From: Thermoleophilaceae bacterium
Lineage (GTDB): Bacteria; Actinomycetota; Thermoleophilia; Solirubrobacterales; Thermoleophilaceae
DNA length: 62,431 nucleotides
Reading direction: 5' to 3'
Assembly: GCA_034664105.1 (NCBI GenBank)
Contig: JAXDIH010000205.1
Location: 1-62,431 of the forward strand
Positions 62,216-62,431 of this stretch are shown piece by piece (positions within the stretch are counted from its first letter, which is position 1; each line of letters begins with the position of its first letter). The notes under the pieces are model-generated. The model was not told where the DNA came from, made no database searches, and saw nothing but the letters and a program-made list of their open reading frames with translations. A program made the position numbers and the translations under genes.

Positions 62216-62431
62216 CTAGTCCGGCCGGGTCTCGCCGGGCGCCGCCCAGCCGAGACCCGCGGCGGCGGCACGGACCGCCGCCAGCAGCGCCCGGACTGAC
62301 GGGCGCGCGGCATCCGCGCTGCGGGTTGCCGCAAAGATCGTTCGGTGCACCGAGCCTTCGGCGATCGCCCGCACGGCGACGCCCGTGTGGCTCTCCGGCT
62401 GCACCAGCTCTGGCAGCAGCGTCACGGCCTG
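62216..62431 (-). CDS. 3' end of a CDS continuing beyond the window; possibly the C-terminus of a LysR-type regulator (tentative)
   Basis: The frame is open to the window edge. The C-terminal pattern GVAVRAIAEGSV..RTIFAATR....RPSVRALLAAV resembles LysR substrate-binding-domain ends. Confidence 0.3.
   Translation of the reverse strand, partial: QAVTLLPELVQPESHTGVAVRAIAEGSVHRTIFAATRSADAARPSVRALLAAVRAAAAGLGWAAPGETRPD

Noticed and set aside
1-62431. A search for mobile elements, integrases, toxin-antitoxin pairs, restriction or other defence systems, tRNA or rRNA genes, and prophage remnants.
   Set aside because: I recognised none. Every sizeable ORF with coding-like composition could be assigned to metabolism, transport, regulation or envelope biosynthesis. 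The window looks like core or accessory metabolic chromosome rather than a mobile island.

Overview
The window is very GC-rich and looks actinobacterial: GTG/TTG starts are frequent, many neighbouring genes share 4-nt ATGA/GTGA overlaps, and long Arg/Ala/Pro-rich antisense ORFs are common artefacts. I found no rRNA, tRNA, CRISPR array, transposase, integrase or recognisable defence genes.

Content from left to right:
1. The tail of a GMC-oxidoreductase-like gene, followed by a secreted alpha/beta-hydrolase-like protein.
2. A ROK-regulated sugar ABC-uptake locus (1.9-11.2 kb). It contains an embedded Zn-dehydrogenase, a TIM-barrel isomerase and a secreted Cys-type sulfatase.
3. A minus-strand run cydA-cydB-DUF892-EncFtn-encapsulin (11.1-15.3 kb).
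4. A ZIP metal transporter, a small secreted acidic repeat protein, and an OmpR/histidine-kinase pair (15.4-18.9 kb).
5. A nearly complete aerobic (cobG-type) cobalamin regulon (19.2-43.6 kb) in three transcription units. Two of the units sit behind cobalamin riboswitches with almost identical cores.
6. A roughly 16-kb Wzx/Wzy-type exopolysaccharide cluster (43.7-59.4 kb).
7. DUF2267, an SMP-30 lactonase, an AhpD-like protein, a cold-shock protein, a small basic ORF and a partial regulator.

Most noteworthy observations:
- The initiating phosphoglycosyl transferase carries a degenerate GGDEF-like domain in which the RxxD I-site is kept.
- Two tandem duplications sit exactly on gene-start junctions in the cob cluster. 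One is 59 bp and creates an in-frame bridging mini-ORF. The other is 72 bp, carries a hairpin, and repeats the cobK start.
- An ApgM-like phosphomutase homologue of unknown role is embedded in the cob operon.
- An 8-codon uORF lies in the second riboswitch's expression platform.
- The encapsulin/EncFtn pair is linked to DUF892 and cydAB.

CDS coordinates are anchored to the supplied ORF track, with starts re-picked by hand. Coordinates of non-coding features were counted by hand and may be off by 1-2 nt.
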